Assembly (NCBI GenBank): GCA_964016885.1
Contig: OZ024741.1
Coordinates: 47,430,001-47,494,000, forward strand
Direction of reading: 5' to 3'
DNA length: 64,000 nt
Source: Eledone cirrhosa
Lineage: Eukaryota
Shown: in pieces, positions 36,402 to 49,122 of the stretch
Layout of the letters: every line of letters begins with the position of its first letter
Numbering within the stretch: the stretch's first letter is position 1
Translations under genes and position numbers: made by a program
Notes under the pieces: model-generated
What the model was told of the DNA's origin: nothing
Seen by the model: the letters and a program-made list of their open reading frames with translations, nothing else
Database searches by the model: none

Positions 36402-38757
36402 ATTCAATGTAGAAGAGCACTTGGAGTTCCTAAAAAATAACTTACTAAAGGCGACGGATGAGATCTGTGGCTGGAGTAAGACCACAGGCAGGAGGAGAGT
36501 GACTTGGTGGAACAATAAGGTAGATAAGGCAGTTAAGGCCAAGAGACAGGCATGGAAAGAATGGAAGAATGGGGGAAGCAGGGTACATTACATAGAGACC
36601 AGGAGGGAAGCTAGGCGACAAGTATACTTAGCTAGGAGGGAAGCAGAGGATAGAAAATTCAAGCATGTTTTGCAACGTGAGGACCAGAAACAGGTGTTCA
36701 AGATTACGAGGCAGTGTGTCAGAGAGAATTGTGATGTCATTGGAGAGAAGTGTATCTGGAATGATAATGGTGAGCTTGCCCTCACAAGTGCTGAGAAGAA
36801 AGATGCATGGAAGAGTCATTATGATAGATTACTAAATGAGGAGAATGCATGGGAAGAAGAGACCCTACCCCAAGTAGACCCTATAGAGGAGCCAGCAGTA
36901 CAAGTCAGCAGCAGCGTAGTAAGTAAGGCAATCAAAGATATGAAGACGGGGAAGGCAACCGGTCCATCGGTTATAGCTGCCGAGATGCTGAAGGCATCTG
37001 GGTCGGTAGGTCACACCATAATACTAGAAGGTAACACTAGGTGTTATACCAAAAGATTGGTGCAGTAGCATCATTGTCAACTGCTACAAAGGTAAAGGTG
37101 ATGCACTAGATAGAGGAAACTATAGAGGTATAAAACTGATGGACCAGGTCATGAAAGTAACAAAGTTATAGCACAGTTGCCCTCTTCCTTGTGAGGAGGC
37201 AGTTACAGGAAAAGTACCTAGCTAAAAGTAAGCCACTCTACCTGGGATTCGTCGATCTCGTGAAAGCCTTTGACAGAGTTCCCCATGCTATAATCTGGTG
37301 GGCTCTTAGAAAACTAAGAGTAGATGAATGGCTTGTGAAAGCTGTACAAACCATGTATAGGGGAGCAGTCAACAAAGTTAGGATTAGCAATGAGTATAGC
37401 AAGGAATTTAGCGTACAGGTCGGTATCCACCAGGGCTCTGTTCTTAGTCCTCTCCTGTTCATCATAGTCCTGCAGGCAATAACAGGAGTTTAAGACCGGA
37501 TGTCCATGGGAACTCCTGTATGCAGATGACCTCGCACTTATAGCTGAATCTATGGTAGAATTAGAGAAGAAATTCCAAACTTGGAGGCAGGGACTAGAAA
37601 GAAAGGGTCTCAAAGTCAACATGACAAAGACTAAGGTCCTTGTAAGTAGACGAGAAAACAGAACCCAGATCCCCTCAGGGAAATGGCCTTGCTCAGTATG
37701 TAGGAAAGGTGTAGGTAGGAACTCCATTCTCTGCCCCAAATGCAAACAATGGGTACACAAGAGATGTAGCGGGATCTCAGGAAGCTTAACTAAGAATGTA
37801 GGCTTCACATGTAGCAGCTGTGCTGGGACAGCAAGCAGCAAACAGCCACAGGAAACAAGTACCACCAAACTCTGGGAGGGCTCTGTAGAAACAGTAGACC
37901 GCTTCTGCTACCTAGGTGACCAAATTAGCAGCGGAGGTGGGTGTTCGGAAAGTACAATAACTAGGGTAAGAACGGGATGGAAGAAGTTCAGGGAGCCACT
38001 GCTAGCTGCAAAAGGCTTTTCCCTCAAAATGAAAGGCAGAGTGTATGATGCATGTATACGAACAGCAATGTTACATGGTAGTGAGCCCTGGGCGCTGTCT
38101 GTGGAAGACTTGCATAGATTAGAAAGAAACGAAGCCTGCATGCTCCGATGGATGTGTAATAGTAATATACGCGAACAGCAAAGCATAAATGAATTGAGAG
38201 AGAGACTGAGCATAAGAGGAATCAAATGTTGTGTGCAGGAGAGGCGGTTGCGTTGGTATGGACATGTGATGCGTATGAAGGATGACAGCTGCATAAAAAG
38301 GTGCAGAGCAGTAGAAGAAACTGCGGAGTGGGGAGACCCAAGAAGACTTGGGATGAGGTGATAAAAGCCGACCTTACCCAATTACACTTCTCAAAGGTGA
38401 TGACACACGACCGTGACCTCTGGCGTGACACAGTAATACAGAATACCCGACTTCCCACGGGTACAACCTGAAGCTGAAGCATATGACAATATACCCCCAC
38501 CCCCTCCCACTGCAAAGTGGTCGTGGAGGTGCCACGGCAAAAAAGCACCCAGCCTACACTGTAAAGTGGACATGTAGGCACCACGGAACAAAGCACCCAG
38601 CACTCACTGTAAATGAGGTTGGTGTTAGGAAGGGCATCCAGCTGTAGAAATCAAGCCAGAATCAGTTCCCGTATGAGCAAGGCATAGTCAGCCGACAGGA
38701 CAACCCGTCTAACCCATGCTAGCGTGGAAGAATGGTCGTAAAACGGTGATGATGATA
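36402..38757 (+). mobile_element. RTE subfamily B, 5'-truncated and disrupted
   Basis: ORFs 36304, 37191 and 37552; YADD at ~37519; PHD-like finger; (GAT)n tail. Confidence 0.95.
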
Positions 38758-39078
38758 CAGTTTAGTCAATAGTGTTACAGTACTTTGGTTTCTTTCTGCT
38801 TCAGGAGTTAACCAGCTATCTGGTCTGACCAGTGGTCATCTTGTTTTTCATTGTCTTCACTACTGTCTGTTTCTCTACTTCAGAAGTTGACCAGCTATCT
38901 GGTCTGACCAGTGGCTGGCTATCTTGTCTTTTACTACCTTCACTACAATGTCTATTTCTTCTACTCTTATGTTTCCTTCCTTTTCAAGACAGCAGAGTGT
39001 TCTTTGTGAGAAATTTAGTTGCTATTTTTAGCGCAAATCAACCAACTATAAAGAGGCTCTTTCACTGGGTTGATAAAG

Positions 39079-39117
<39 letters not shown>

Positions 39118-39739
39118 TGTGTGCGTGTGTGTGTTTCGAATCTAGCTGTCGAAATGGCCGGAGCTCAGCCATCAGGGTCCTGACTGTTTTCCTATTACCC
39201 ACTCTACTACCCTAAGTATCGAGTAGTCTGGTGCGCTATGGTCCACCTGGTTCCTTACTACACCGTCTTTGTTTTATATATATATGTGTGTGTGTGTAGG
39301 TGTGTGTAAATATGCATGTGCATATATATATATATATATATATGATGATTTCTTATAAATTAAACAGTTCTCGTCCTGTAGAAGTCATTTCTATAATAAA
39401 ATAAAGATGCCTATACTCTACTAATGTATTGAGTACCTTTGTCTTCAGCACAATGAACAGAGAAAGTAAACAGCCTGAATGACAATCTGAACCTGGCGAA
39501 AACTGGATTATGTGAAAAATATAACACACAGTTTGGTTTCATTGTTGAGGATGATGCTAAACCTTGTTAGATATTCAACTAACTATTATTTCTATAGAAA
39601 ATATTGTGGTTTATCTCACCGTGTCGTGAGAAAGAAAACCATCAGTCTATTTTGGTTTCATAAGTAACTACCTTGATTGAATGAAAACAATGTAGGGTTG
39701 TTGGTACCTGTTTAGTCTTGTGAGTCCCATGACAGAATT

Positions 39740-40096
39740 TCTAGTACTGGTGCCATGATAAAATGCACCCAGTACACTCTGTAAAGTAGTAGTGGCTGTA
39801 TTGAGACAACGTAGGGTTAAGTGAGTCATTTACTCTTGTTTGGGTTATAATGAACTCTGTGCAACAATAAAATGCACCCAGTACATTCTGTAAAGTGATA
39901 ATGCTGGTACCATGATAAAATGCAACAGGTACATTCTGTAAAGTAATTGGCATTGGCAAGGGCAGCCAAACATAGAAACTATGCCAAAATGGATCAAATG
40001 AGCAAGACATGGTCATCTGACTTGACTAGTCACAGATCGTGACAACCTGTCCATCAAAACTGGGAATGGAAAACTGATGTAAAACAATGATGATGA
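39740..40096 (+). mobile_element. Old RTE-3'UTR-like module with tandem subrepeats
   Basis: Repeated ataaaatgcacccagtacactctgtaaagt, then ttggcattggcaagggc and a gatgatg tail. Confidence 0.65.
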
Positions 40097-40504
40097 ATCA
40101 ATATAAGCCTTTCCCATGGTAAAATGGAAAAATTGGGTGGGAAATAAATTTTTTTTTTCTAAATTACAAAATTTACAACTGTTTACAAAAAAGAAAGGAA
40201 TGGAACATTAGATCAGACAAAAGAAACAATGTATCCATTGGTCTTCCCATTGCTGATGCTATACAGCCAGTAACAATTACTGGCAGAAGGAGGCAGGGTT
40301 TGAAATCAGAAAGCACAGAACCTCAGATCAGATACTGTAAAGCATCCCATTCAACTCTTTAACAATTCTGCCAGTCTATCACCCCTGGATTGGTACTTTA
40401 TTGTCCCTCCTATCCCCAGAAGAATGAAAGGCAAAGTTGACCTCAGTAGGATTTTGAACTCAGAACACAGTGAGCCAAAACAAATACTGCAAGACATTTA
40501 ATCC

Positions 40505-40650
40505 CACACTCTAACCACTCTACCATTCCACCTTCTATACAACCTGAGTGAATGACTCTAACCACTCTATCAATTTACCATCTGTATAACCAGAGTGACT
40601 AACTCTAACCATTCTACCTCTTCACTATCTATATAACTGGAGTGAATGAA
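40505..40650. repeat. Three diverged ~48 bp tandem units at a SINE B head
   Basis: actctaaccactcta...gagtgaatg occurs three times. Confidence 0.75.
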
Positions 40651-41525
40651 TAGAGCACAATTGCGACTAAACAATTTTCAAGATCATGTAATTAGTGGGT
40701 TTCACTGTGATAAAAGTGGGATAATTTGCGTAGCAGGTTTAGAAATTCTTAATGAAGTCAGTCAAAGCGCCGGCATTCATGGAAATTGGGTCTTTTCTTT
40801 AATTACGTTGCACTACAACATGCTCACAGAACTATAATGAAGCTCCTATTAAAGTGTTTTATATACACCAAATATTTTTTCTTCCATCTATTCATTCATT
40901 TTACTATTTTTTCTCATGTTTAGCTTCCAATAAGAAGAATATGAGAAATTTTTTACCAAAAATTAGTTGTTGAAATTATGAAACTAGTTTAAAGTGTAAA
41001 TCTTCCATTAGAAGAAAGGGTTGGGGGAAGAATTGATTTTTATTATAAAAGAAATGTAAAAAATGTTTTTCTGTTGAGTGAATAACTAGGTGCAGGCATG
41101 GCTGTGTGGTTAAGAAATTTGCTTTGTAACCACATGGTAGCATAGCATGATCTGTAACACGATGTGTCATAGGTGGCTAAGTCGTTAGAACATCAGATAG
41201 AATGTTTTGTAGTATTCATTTCGGCTCTCTGAGTTCAAATCCTACTGAGGTCAACTTTGCCTTTCATCCTTTGAAGCCATTAAAAAAAGTACCAGTCAAG
41301 TACTGGGGTTGATTCTTCCTCTATATCTCTTTCTCACTTCCATTCTCTCACTCTCTCTATCCTTCTCTAGAAAAAATCTGCTGTATTCAGACCTGGAGAG
41401 GATTGGGCTCTGCCTGGTTTAAAAATACCCTAGAAACGCCATATGTTAATACAGCACCCCTATGACTCCCTCAGGAGTTGCAGGACCATGTATACAAGTA
41501 CCATTCAGTTCATGCATATATATAT

Positions 41526-41895
41526 CATCATCATTTTACGTCCGCTTTTCCCTGCTTTGTAGGGTGGGACGCGAACTGATTCTGGCTTGATTTCTACAGC
41601 TGGATGCCCTTCCTAACACCAACCTCATTTACAGTAAGTGGTGGGTGCTTTTTTTTTTCCGTGGCACCTACACGTCCACTTTACAGTGTGGGCTGGGTGC
41701 TTTTTTGCCGTGGCACCTCCATGACCACTTTGTAGTGGAATGATAGGGAGCCCTATCCTATCATCTCATTTCTACAGCTGAGTAAACTGGAGCAATGTGA
41801 AATAAAGTGTCTTGCTCAAGGAAACAACACATCACCCGGTGTGTGAATTGAACTCACAACCTTTTGATGCTCTAACCACTAAGCCATGTGCCTCC
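41526..41895 (-). mobile_element. SINE family A (chimeric RTE tail)
   Basis: Reverse complement of the 52682-53020 type, with one extra subrepeat. Confidence 0.9.
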
Positions 41896-42717
41896 ATATA
41901 TATATATATGAAATGATTTCATAAAATTGTAGGAATCTCAAACATGAAAATAGCTGTAAAACAGCCAGCTGCTATAGTGATCATAGCAGTAGCTAGAATG
42001 AAGCTGATGAGGTATTTTACGCTATTGTTCATTCCTTTATGTCTTCAGCTTTACTTTCTCCACTGTTATCCCAGTCTTTATTCTCCATCTCAACATATAT
42101 TCTCTATCAATCTCATTCCCTTTTTCCTTCTCTCTATTTTTCTCCCATCCCTCCTCATATCCTACATGCTCTATTCCTTTCGTCCCTCTCTCTCTCTCTC
42201 TCGCTCTCCACCATTCATAAGAGGTTTTGTTTAACCCACCCAACTCTTTGCTATGATCATCATAGCAGCTGGCTGTTTTATTTCTGCACTTGAGATTCCT
42301 ACATATATATGTGTGTGTGTGTGTGTGTATGTTTGTGTATGTGTGTATATATGTGTGTGTGTGTGTGTCAGCATGGAATGGGGACATAAAATGGTATGTG
42401 TCTGCCCCATGTCAATGTTTACATTTGTGCCTGTGTTTATGTCCTGTAATTTAGCAGTTTGATGAAAAGGTGGGTTGATAAAATAAGTACCAGACTTGAA
42501 AAAATAAGTATTGGGTTGATCTGATTGAATAAATCCTTTCGAGGCTGTGCTGCAGCATGGCCACAACCTCATGACTAAAGCTAATAACAGAATCCATGTT
42601 ACCCTCATGGGACAGGATGTTTTGCTTGTAGAATGAATAATGATTCTAACTAGATATGGTAACTCCACTGAATATTTGAACAAAGGGAGAGACTAGGACA
42701 CTGAATACTAACAGGAA

Positions 42718-42852
42718 CGCATAGAGTTACGGCCCTTGCCATTCTGAGTTCAAATCCCGCCGAGGTTAACTTTACCTTTCATCCTTATGCGGTCGATAAA
42801 ATAAAGTACCAGTAATGCACTGGGTAATTGCTGGCCTTGTGCCAAAAGTATA
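42718..42852 (+). mobile_element. SINE family B, 5'-truncated
   Basis: Near-identical to 35768-35961 in reverse complement. Confidence 0.88.
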
Positions 42853-43208
42853 AAAAAACAGCAAATTATACCAGGCATAGAAACAAGAATGTTAGCTAGG
42901 GGATAGAGTTGGGAGAGAAAGAGAGAGATTAAAAGAGGAAGAAACAGAACAATAGAGAAAGAGAGATAGGGAGATAGAAAGCTAGATAGAGATATATCTA
43001 TAAAGAGATAGTAAAAATAACTTCAGGAAACTCTGAGACCCTAACCCTAACCCATGCTAGCATGGAAGATAGACGTTAATCGATGATGATGATAGTATAT
43101 ATTTACTTCTATGATTACATATAGAAGACTCTTTCTTCCGTGACTACAACCAAACATTCAGGCAATATTTAGAAAGATATATATATATAAAGAGAGAGTG
43201 AAAAAGTT

Positions 43209-43927
43209 TTAACCCTTTAGCATTTAAATCGGCTGTATCTGGCTAGAATTCTCTCACCTCTTTCTGCTCAAACTGGCTGTAACTGGCCGCTCATACTAAC
43301 ATTAAAGTATTGTTCTCAAAATAAATAACATCAAAACCAAGCGAATACCCTCCATCGGGCATCTACCATACTCTGAATGCCTTGCTTCCCTGGGCATGGA
43401 TACATTGAAGCTCCAACACCTGGCAACTGACTTGGTAAACACCCACAAAATTATTAACCATCTTGCCAAAACAACCCTGAGTACCTTTTTGATCTCCATG
43501 TGTCTAACACACGTGGGCATGCCCACAAAGTCAGAAAACAGCACAGTTCCCATGACTTTCGGAAACATTTTTTCACGCTTAGAGTTTCTGAAGCATGGAA
43601 CAAACTACCTGCATCAGTTGTTAGCTGTCGAGACACTGCATCCTTTAAAACCTCCATGCTTCCCGAGATTCGCCAACACTACACCTGATGTTCCCCCTCC
43701 ATACACATACACACATGTATATCATGACTCGTGCACTATTCACTTCCCTGACATTTGTATATTTATGTACTATACATGCACCTTTAACGAGTTGTAGTGC
43801 ACCTGAACACTTTAAACAATAATTTCCTTATTATTATTATAAAATCTCATAGATTCGAAATTATGTGAGATAATTATGTAAGATAAAGCCTTTACTACTA
43901 AAATATAATAGTATTTATAGAGGTTAA
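43209..43927. mobile_element. TTAA MITE family 1 interrupted by a CR1 insertion
   Basis: The MITE halves 43209-43336 and 43841-43927 rejoin at atcaaaa|tctcatag. Confidence 0.8.
43337..43840 (+). mobile_element. CR1 3' end nested in a MITE
   Basis: LPYSECLASLGMDTLK..DLVNTHKII, NTRGH...FFTLRVSEAWNKLP; (TTA)n tail. Confidence 0.92.
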
Positions 43928-44999
43928 GTATTCTTGGTTTGGATCAGTTTGTTAATACTGGAAAGTCAAATAATTGGACATACCTGAAAGATCCAATGAA
44001 AGAATGGTATTGGAGACAACTAGTTGTTATTGCTATCATTTGTAACTACATAGATTTAGTCACACCTCTATGAGTGTGCATCTCATAGGGGGTTTCTTGG
44101 GTGTTTTAACCCTTTCATGACCATATTTCTTATGAAAGACACTGCTTATAATTTTTAATTAATTTTGAAAGTAATAAAACTTTTGGCAGGATTGCAGTAA
44201 TATAATTTTCTCATTATCTATCTGGTGCCTGGAACATAGGTTCTTACATAAAATTATGACAGAGGGTTTTTAGATAAATAAAAACACCCAGTCCATTCTG
44301 TAAATGTGGTTGGCATTAGGAAAAGTACCCAGCCGTAGAAACCAAGCCAGAAACGGTTCTAATCTAATCTAACTTGTCTCACAATAGGATAGTCTGTCTA
44401 ACCCATGTTAGAATGGAAAAATGGACATTAAACAATGATGATGATGATAAGCATTTTGAAACAAAAACAGTTTTGAATTAAAGAACTAGATCAGTTTGGT
44501 TATCAAAAGGGTTAATGATAAGGGGCCTAATGATATATTGGAGGCAATCATTGTCAAGTATTTAACACTTTTCTGTCACTGGGGTCTGAAACTGCCTATG
44601 TAGTTATGAACAACAACAACTCTCCAATATCATTTTTTCATTGGATCTTTCAGGCCTGTCCAGTTGTTTGGCTTTCTAAGCATTAACAAAGTGATCGGAA
44701 CATTAAGAGTCCTCGTGCATGACTTCCAGTGGGTCCTGTCAGAAGTAACCATCTCTGACTGATCCAGCTGGATCCCCAAGTGAGACCAGCTGAGCTCATG
44801 GATGTTATCCAGCCATCTTGCTCAGGGTCTACCCCTGGATCTCCAATTATTCGAGACCCAAGAGTACACTTGAATGTTTTAATAACACTTTAGTAACTAT
44901 GGCAATGTTAGTAGCCATAGCAATGTTCCTTTTGGCATTTCAGTTTTGTATTTCATTCCAGTCACTTAATTTCTCTACTTTGTGTTTTTTATTAAATAG

Positions 45000-45161
45000 A
45001 TTGTTGTTGATGATGACCATCACAAGTCTTGGTCACTGTACGATGCAGGGCCACGCAGTGTCCGTTGTCCACTCATCTTTTTCCCTCCGGCCAGTGGGAC
45101 TGCTGATGTATTTTTCAAGCAAACTTTCGCATTGTCAGCTGTTGGCTATAGAGTAATTGCT
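45000..45161 (+). CDS. SPG21: Maspardin (SPG21) second coding exon, [54 protein letters not shown]
   Basis: 162 nt open exon with pyrimidine tract, AG at 44998-44999 and GTAAGT at 45162. Strong match to recalled maspardin ([29 protein letters not shown]...GYRVIA). Confidence 0.97.
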
Positions 45162-45537
45162 GTAAGTATCTCTAACAATGTTATTATTTAAAGTTGTTAT
45201 TGTTTAGTCCTAGGTCAGTCCTGATCAGAAAGCTACCAGCCATGACCATCCTGTCTATTTATTGGATTTCTTACAAATGTTTTCCCAATATATATATATA
45301 TATAGAGGAAAAAATATACACATATAAACACACATAGCCATGTGTGTTTATATATATATATGTGTGTGCCTGGTGTCTACCAGCATATCAGGAAAAAATT
45401 ACACATTTTCTATATATTTTGTCTGAGAAGGACATGTTTTGCTTTATGTTATACATAAAATTTTACATCTTCGAAATATATATAATAAAATAAGTAAAGT
45501 TGATGTAAAGTATATATCTTTCGTTTATTATTATGAT

Positions 45538-45878
45538 ATCATCATCATCATTTCATTTTACGTCCACTTTTCCCTGCTTGCAAGGGTGGGACGGGAACTG
45601 ATTCTGGCTTGATTTCTACAGCTGGATGCCCTTCCTAACACCAACCTCATTTACAGTGAGTGCTGGGTGCTTTTTTGCCGTGGCACCTCCACGACCACTT
45701 TGGAGTGGAATGATAGGGACCCCAGTCCCTATCATCTCATTTCTACAGCTGAGTAAACTGGAGCAATGTGGAATAAAGTGTCTTGCTCAAGGAAACAACA
45801 CATCACCCGGTCTGAGAATTGAACTCACAACCTTTCGATTGCAAGGCCAATGTTCTAACCACTAAGCCATGTGCCTCC
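45538..45878 (-). mobile_element. SINE family A
   Basis: Full copy, reverse complement of 52682-53020. Confidence 0.92.
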
Positions 45879-46063
45879 ATATATATATATATATCATCAT
45901 CATCATCACCGTTTTACGTCCGTTCTTCCACGCTAGCATGGGTTAGATGGGTTGTCCTGTTGTGGGCAGTGTCTGGTCGGCTCACCATGCCTTGCTCATA
46001 CAGGAACTGATTTGGCTTGATTTCTACAGCTGGATGCCCTTCCTAACACCAACCTCATTTACA

Positions 46064-46130
<67 letters not shown>

Positions 46131-46224
46131 AGTCTGGCCTCTTCTCATTTTATTCATATATATATATGAATAAAATGAGAAGAGGCCAGACTGGTGAATT
46201 TCCTTTCAAGTTTTATTGTTGCAA

Positions 46225-46284
46225 ACACTATATATATATTTCAATGGTCAGGTTATGTAGAATCCCTGTGACATCATCAGGTGT
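46225..46284 (-). ncRNA. Type I hammerhead-like motif in a Penelope-like remnant
   Basis: Minus strand: acac-CTGATGA-(imperfect stem II)-GAA-ATATATATAT-A-gtgt, followed by aataaa and a palindrome at 46128-46195. Confidence 0.5.
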
Positions 46285-46853
46285 ATATTGCATAATAGTT
46301 ACACAAAAAAGGAATAATGGCATAATGGTAAACACAATCCAAGAGGGTACAAGGAGAGAAAATAGAGAAAAATATGGAAAATATTTGATTCGGAGGCGAC
46401 CTATGGGTTATGTGTTGTCAATACGACTGACCAGTTCTATCCAGTGGTGAACCACCAAACTTCTATGAGTTGGGACTTGACGGCTGAGGTCTTGCTGTTG
46501 CAACAGCTAGTTCCAGACTAGCTGTTGAAACAGCAAGACCTCAGCCAGCTGATCCCGAGTCTTTATAATATAACCATACTCTACTACCCCAAGTATCGAG
46601 TACTCTGTTGAGTAATAGTGAAACCAGTATCAAACTGAATCCATCCTGATTTTTTTTATATATATAGATGTACATATAATGTAGATTAGATGAGTTGATC
46701 ATACAACTATATAAGGCGGGGACATATCCAAAGCTCAAATGTGAGTTTATTATCCACAGTAAGATTGGCAAAAAATGGAGTTTAATCCAATTTGTAAATT
46801 TACAGTCATAGTAGTTTTACAACATCACAGGGCATCTATAAAATGAATAAATG

Positions 46854-46890
<37 letters not shown>

Positions 46891-46895
46891 AACGG

Positions 46896-47765
46896 AAAAA
46901 ATGAAACAAAATTTCATTTCTCACTCTTAGTACGGCTGTTACTTAAATATAAGTATGTATACATACATATATATATGTATACAGACGTACAGTAGTATGT
47001 ATATATATATACATACATGGACACACATATATATATGTACGTATGGATTCACCGAACATTTATTATAATGCTCAGTGTGTTTGTAAACAAGCATCCTGTA
47101 TTAAGCCGTACAGTGTCTAGCAACCATCGTTGCTCATTTGTTCAACACTGACAAAGGAATGCTGTACTAGTTTCAAGCTTATTAGCTATTGTCAGCAACG
47201 TATACCTTCCTGCCAGATGATTGAACGTCTGAAAGTATATACTTTCCTTATGCATATTAATGACTGAGCAGCCTAATTTGCATATCGAGTGAGTTAATCG
47301 GCCGGGGTACCGAAAACGATAAACGCAAAAAATGAAACGAAATTTCATTTCTCACTCTTAGTACGGCTGTTACTTAAATATAAGTATGTATACGTACATA
47401 CATATATGTATACAGACGTACAGTAGTATGTATATATATACATACATGCACACATATATATATGTACGTATGGATTCACTGAACATTTATTATAATGCTC
47501 GGTGTGTTTGTAAATAAACATCCCGCATTAAGCCGTACAGTGTCTAGCAACCATCGTTGCTCATTTGTTCAACACTGACAAAGGAACGCTGTACTAGTTT
47601 CAAGCTTATTAGCTATCGTCGGCAACGTATACCTTCCTGCCAGATGATTGAACGTCTGAAAGTATATACTTTCCTTATGCATATTAACGGCTGGGCAGCC
47701 TAATTTGCATATCGGTGAATCCATACGTACATATATATATGTGTGCATGTATGTATATATATATA
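46896..47765. repeat. Tandem duplication of a ~430 bp unit ending in a fold-back
   Basis: Units start at ~46896 and ~47327. 47716-47765 is the reverse complement of ~47430-47480. Confidence 0.9.
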
Positions 47766-47770
47766 TACAT

Positions 47771-48450
47771 ACTACTGTCTGGCGGGTTTTCTACGGCTGG
47801 ATGCCCTTCCTAACACCAACCACGTTTACAGTGTGGACTGGGAGGTTTTTACCGTGTTACCTACACGGCCACATTACAGTGTGGACTGTGTGTTTTTTTT
47901 GTCGTGACACCTACACGAGCTCATTTGTTTCGGCCTGGATGTTGTGGTACCAACATAACTTCACATTTAAGGGGGTGGTGTGGATGGGGTGGGGGTAGTT
48001 GGACGGGGGTGTATTTTGTTAGAGGTGCCTACTGAGTGTAGGTTTCGCTTTGTACTTAGGCAAGGCGGGTCTTCTGTGTATGGACCCCAGTCCCTATCAT
48101 CTCATTTCTACAGCTGAGTAAACTGGAGCAATGTGAAATAAAGTGTCTTGCTCAAGGACACAACACATCACCCGGTCTAAGAATTGAACTCACATGACTG
48201 TGTAGCACCAAAGATCTCGGTCCAGTGACATTGTCTTGGAGAGGTGTAAGTGCGTGAGGTCGGAATTTATCAAGTCGTCCCAGGTTTTTCTGAGTCTGCC
48301 TACTCCGTGGCTACCGTCTGTTTTTATCGCCCTGCATTTTTTTATACAGCTGTCGTCTTTCATGCGCATCACGTGACTGTACCAACGTAGTCTTCTCTCG
48401 AGTAAACAACATCTGATCCTTCTTATTCTTAATTTCTCCCTTAGTTTGTT
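47771..48450 (-). mobile_element. RTE-A 3' fragment with a SINE A internal fragment (~48082-48193) inserted
   Basis: ORF 48190..48372 MRMKDDSCIKKC; the 3' UTR matches 8420-8710. Confidence 0.88.
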
Positions 48451-48472
48451 TATATATTTATATATATATATT

Positions 48473-48505
<33 letters not shown>

Positions 48506-48561
48506 ATATATTGATATATATATATTTATATATATATATTTATATATGTATATATTTTTCA

Positions 48562-48935
48562 TTTCATCATCATCATTTCATTTTACGTCTGCTTTTTCCC
48601 TGCTTGCAAGGGTGGGACGGGAACTGATTCTGGCTTGATTTCTACAGCTGGATGCCCTTCCTAACACCAACCTCATTTACAGTGAGTGCTGGGTGCTTTT
48701 TTGCTGTGGCACCTCCACGACCACTTTGCAGTGGAATGATATGGACCCCAGTCCCTATCATCTCATTTCTACAGCTGAGTAAACTGGAGCATCTCATTTC
48801 TACAGCTGAGTAAACTGGAGCAATGTGAAATAAAGTGTCTTGCTCAAGGACACAACACATCACCCGGTCTGAGAATTGAACTCACAACCTTTCGATTGCA
48901 AGACCAATGCTCTAACCACTAAGTCATGTGCCTCC
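48562..48935 (-). mobile_element. SINE family A with internal ~31 bp duplication
   Basis: Full copy; catctcatttctacagctgagtaaactggag is repeated. Confidence 0.92.
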
Positions 48936-49122
48936 ATTAATTTATATATATATATATTTATATATATATATCATCATCATCATCATTTAACGGCCACATT
49001 CCACGCTTGCATATATATATTTATATATAAAAAACGAGTCTTCTCTCGAGTAAACAACATCTGATCCCTCTTATTCCTAATTTCTCCTTTAGTTTGTTTA
49101 TATATTTATATATTTATATTTA

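Noticed and set aside
39540-39570. IVEDDAK similarity to maspardin IIVDDDDSK
   Set aside because: No acceptor and an immediate stop; the true exon is at 45000.
44818-45156. ORF-track 112-aa protein
   Set aside because: Wrong frame overlapping the real SPG21 exon at 45000-45161.
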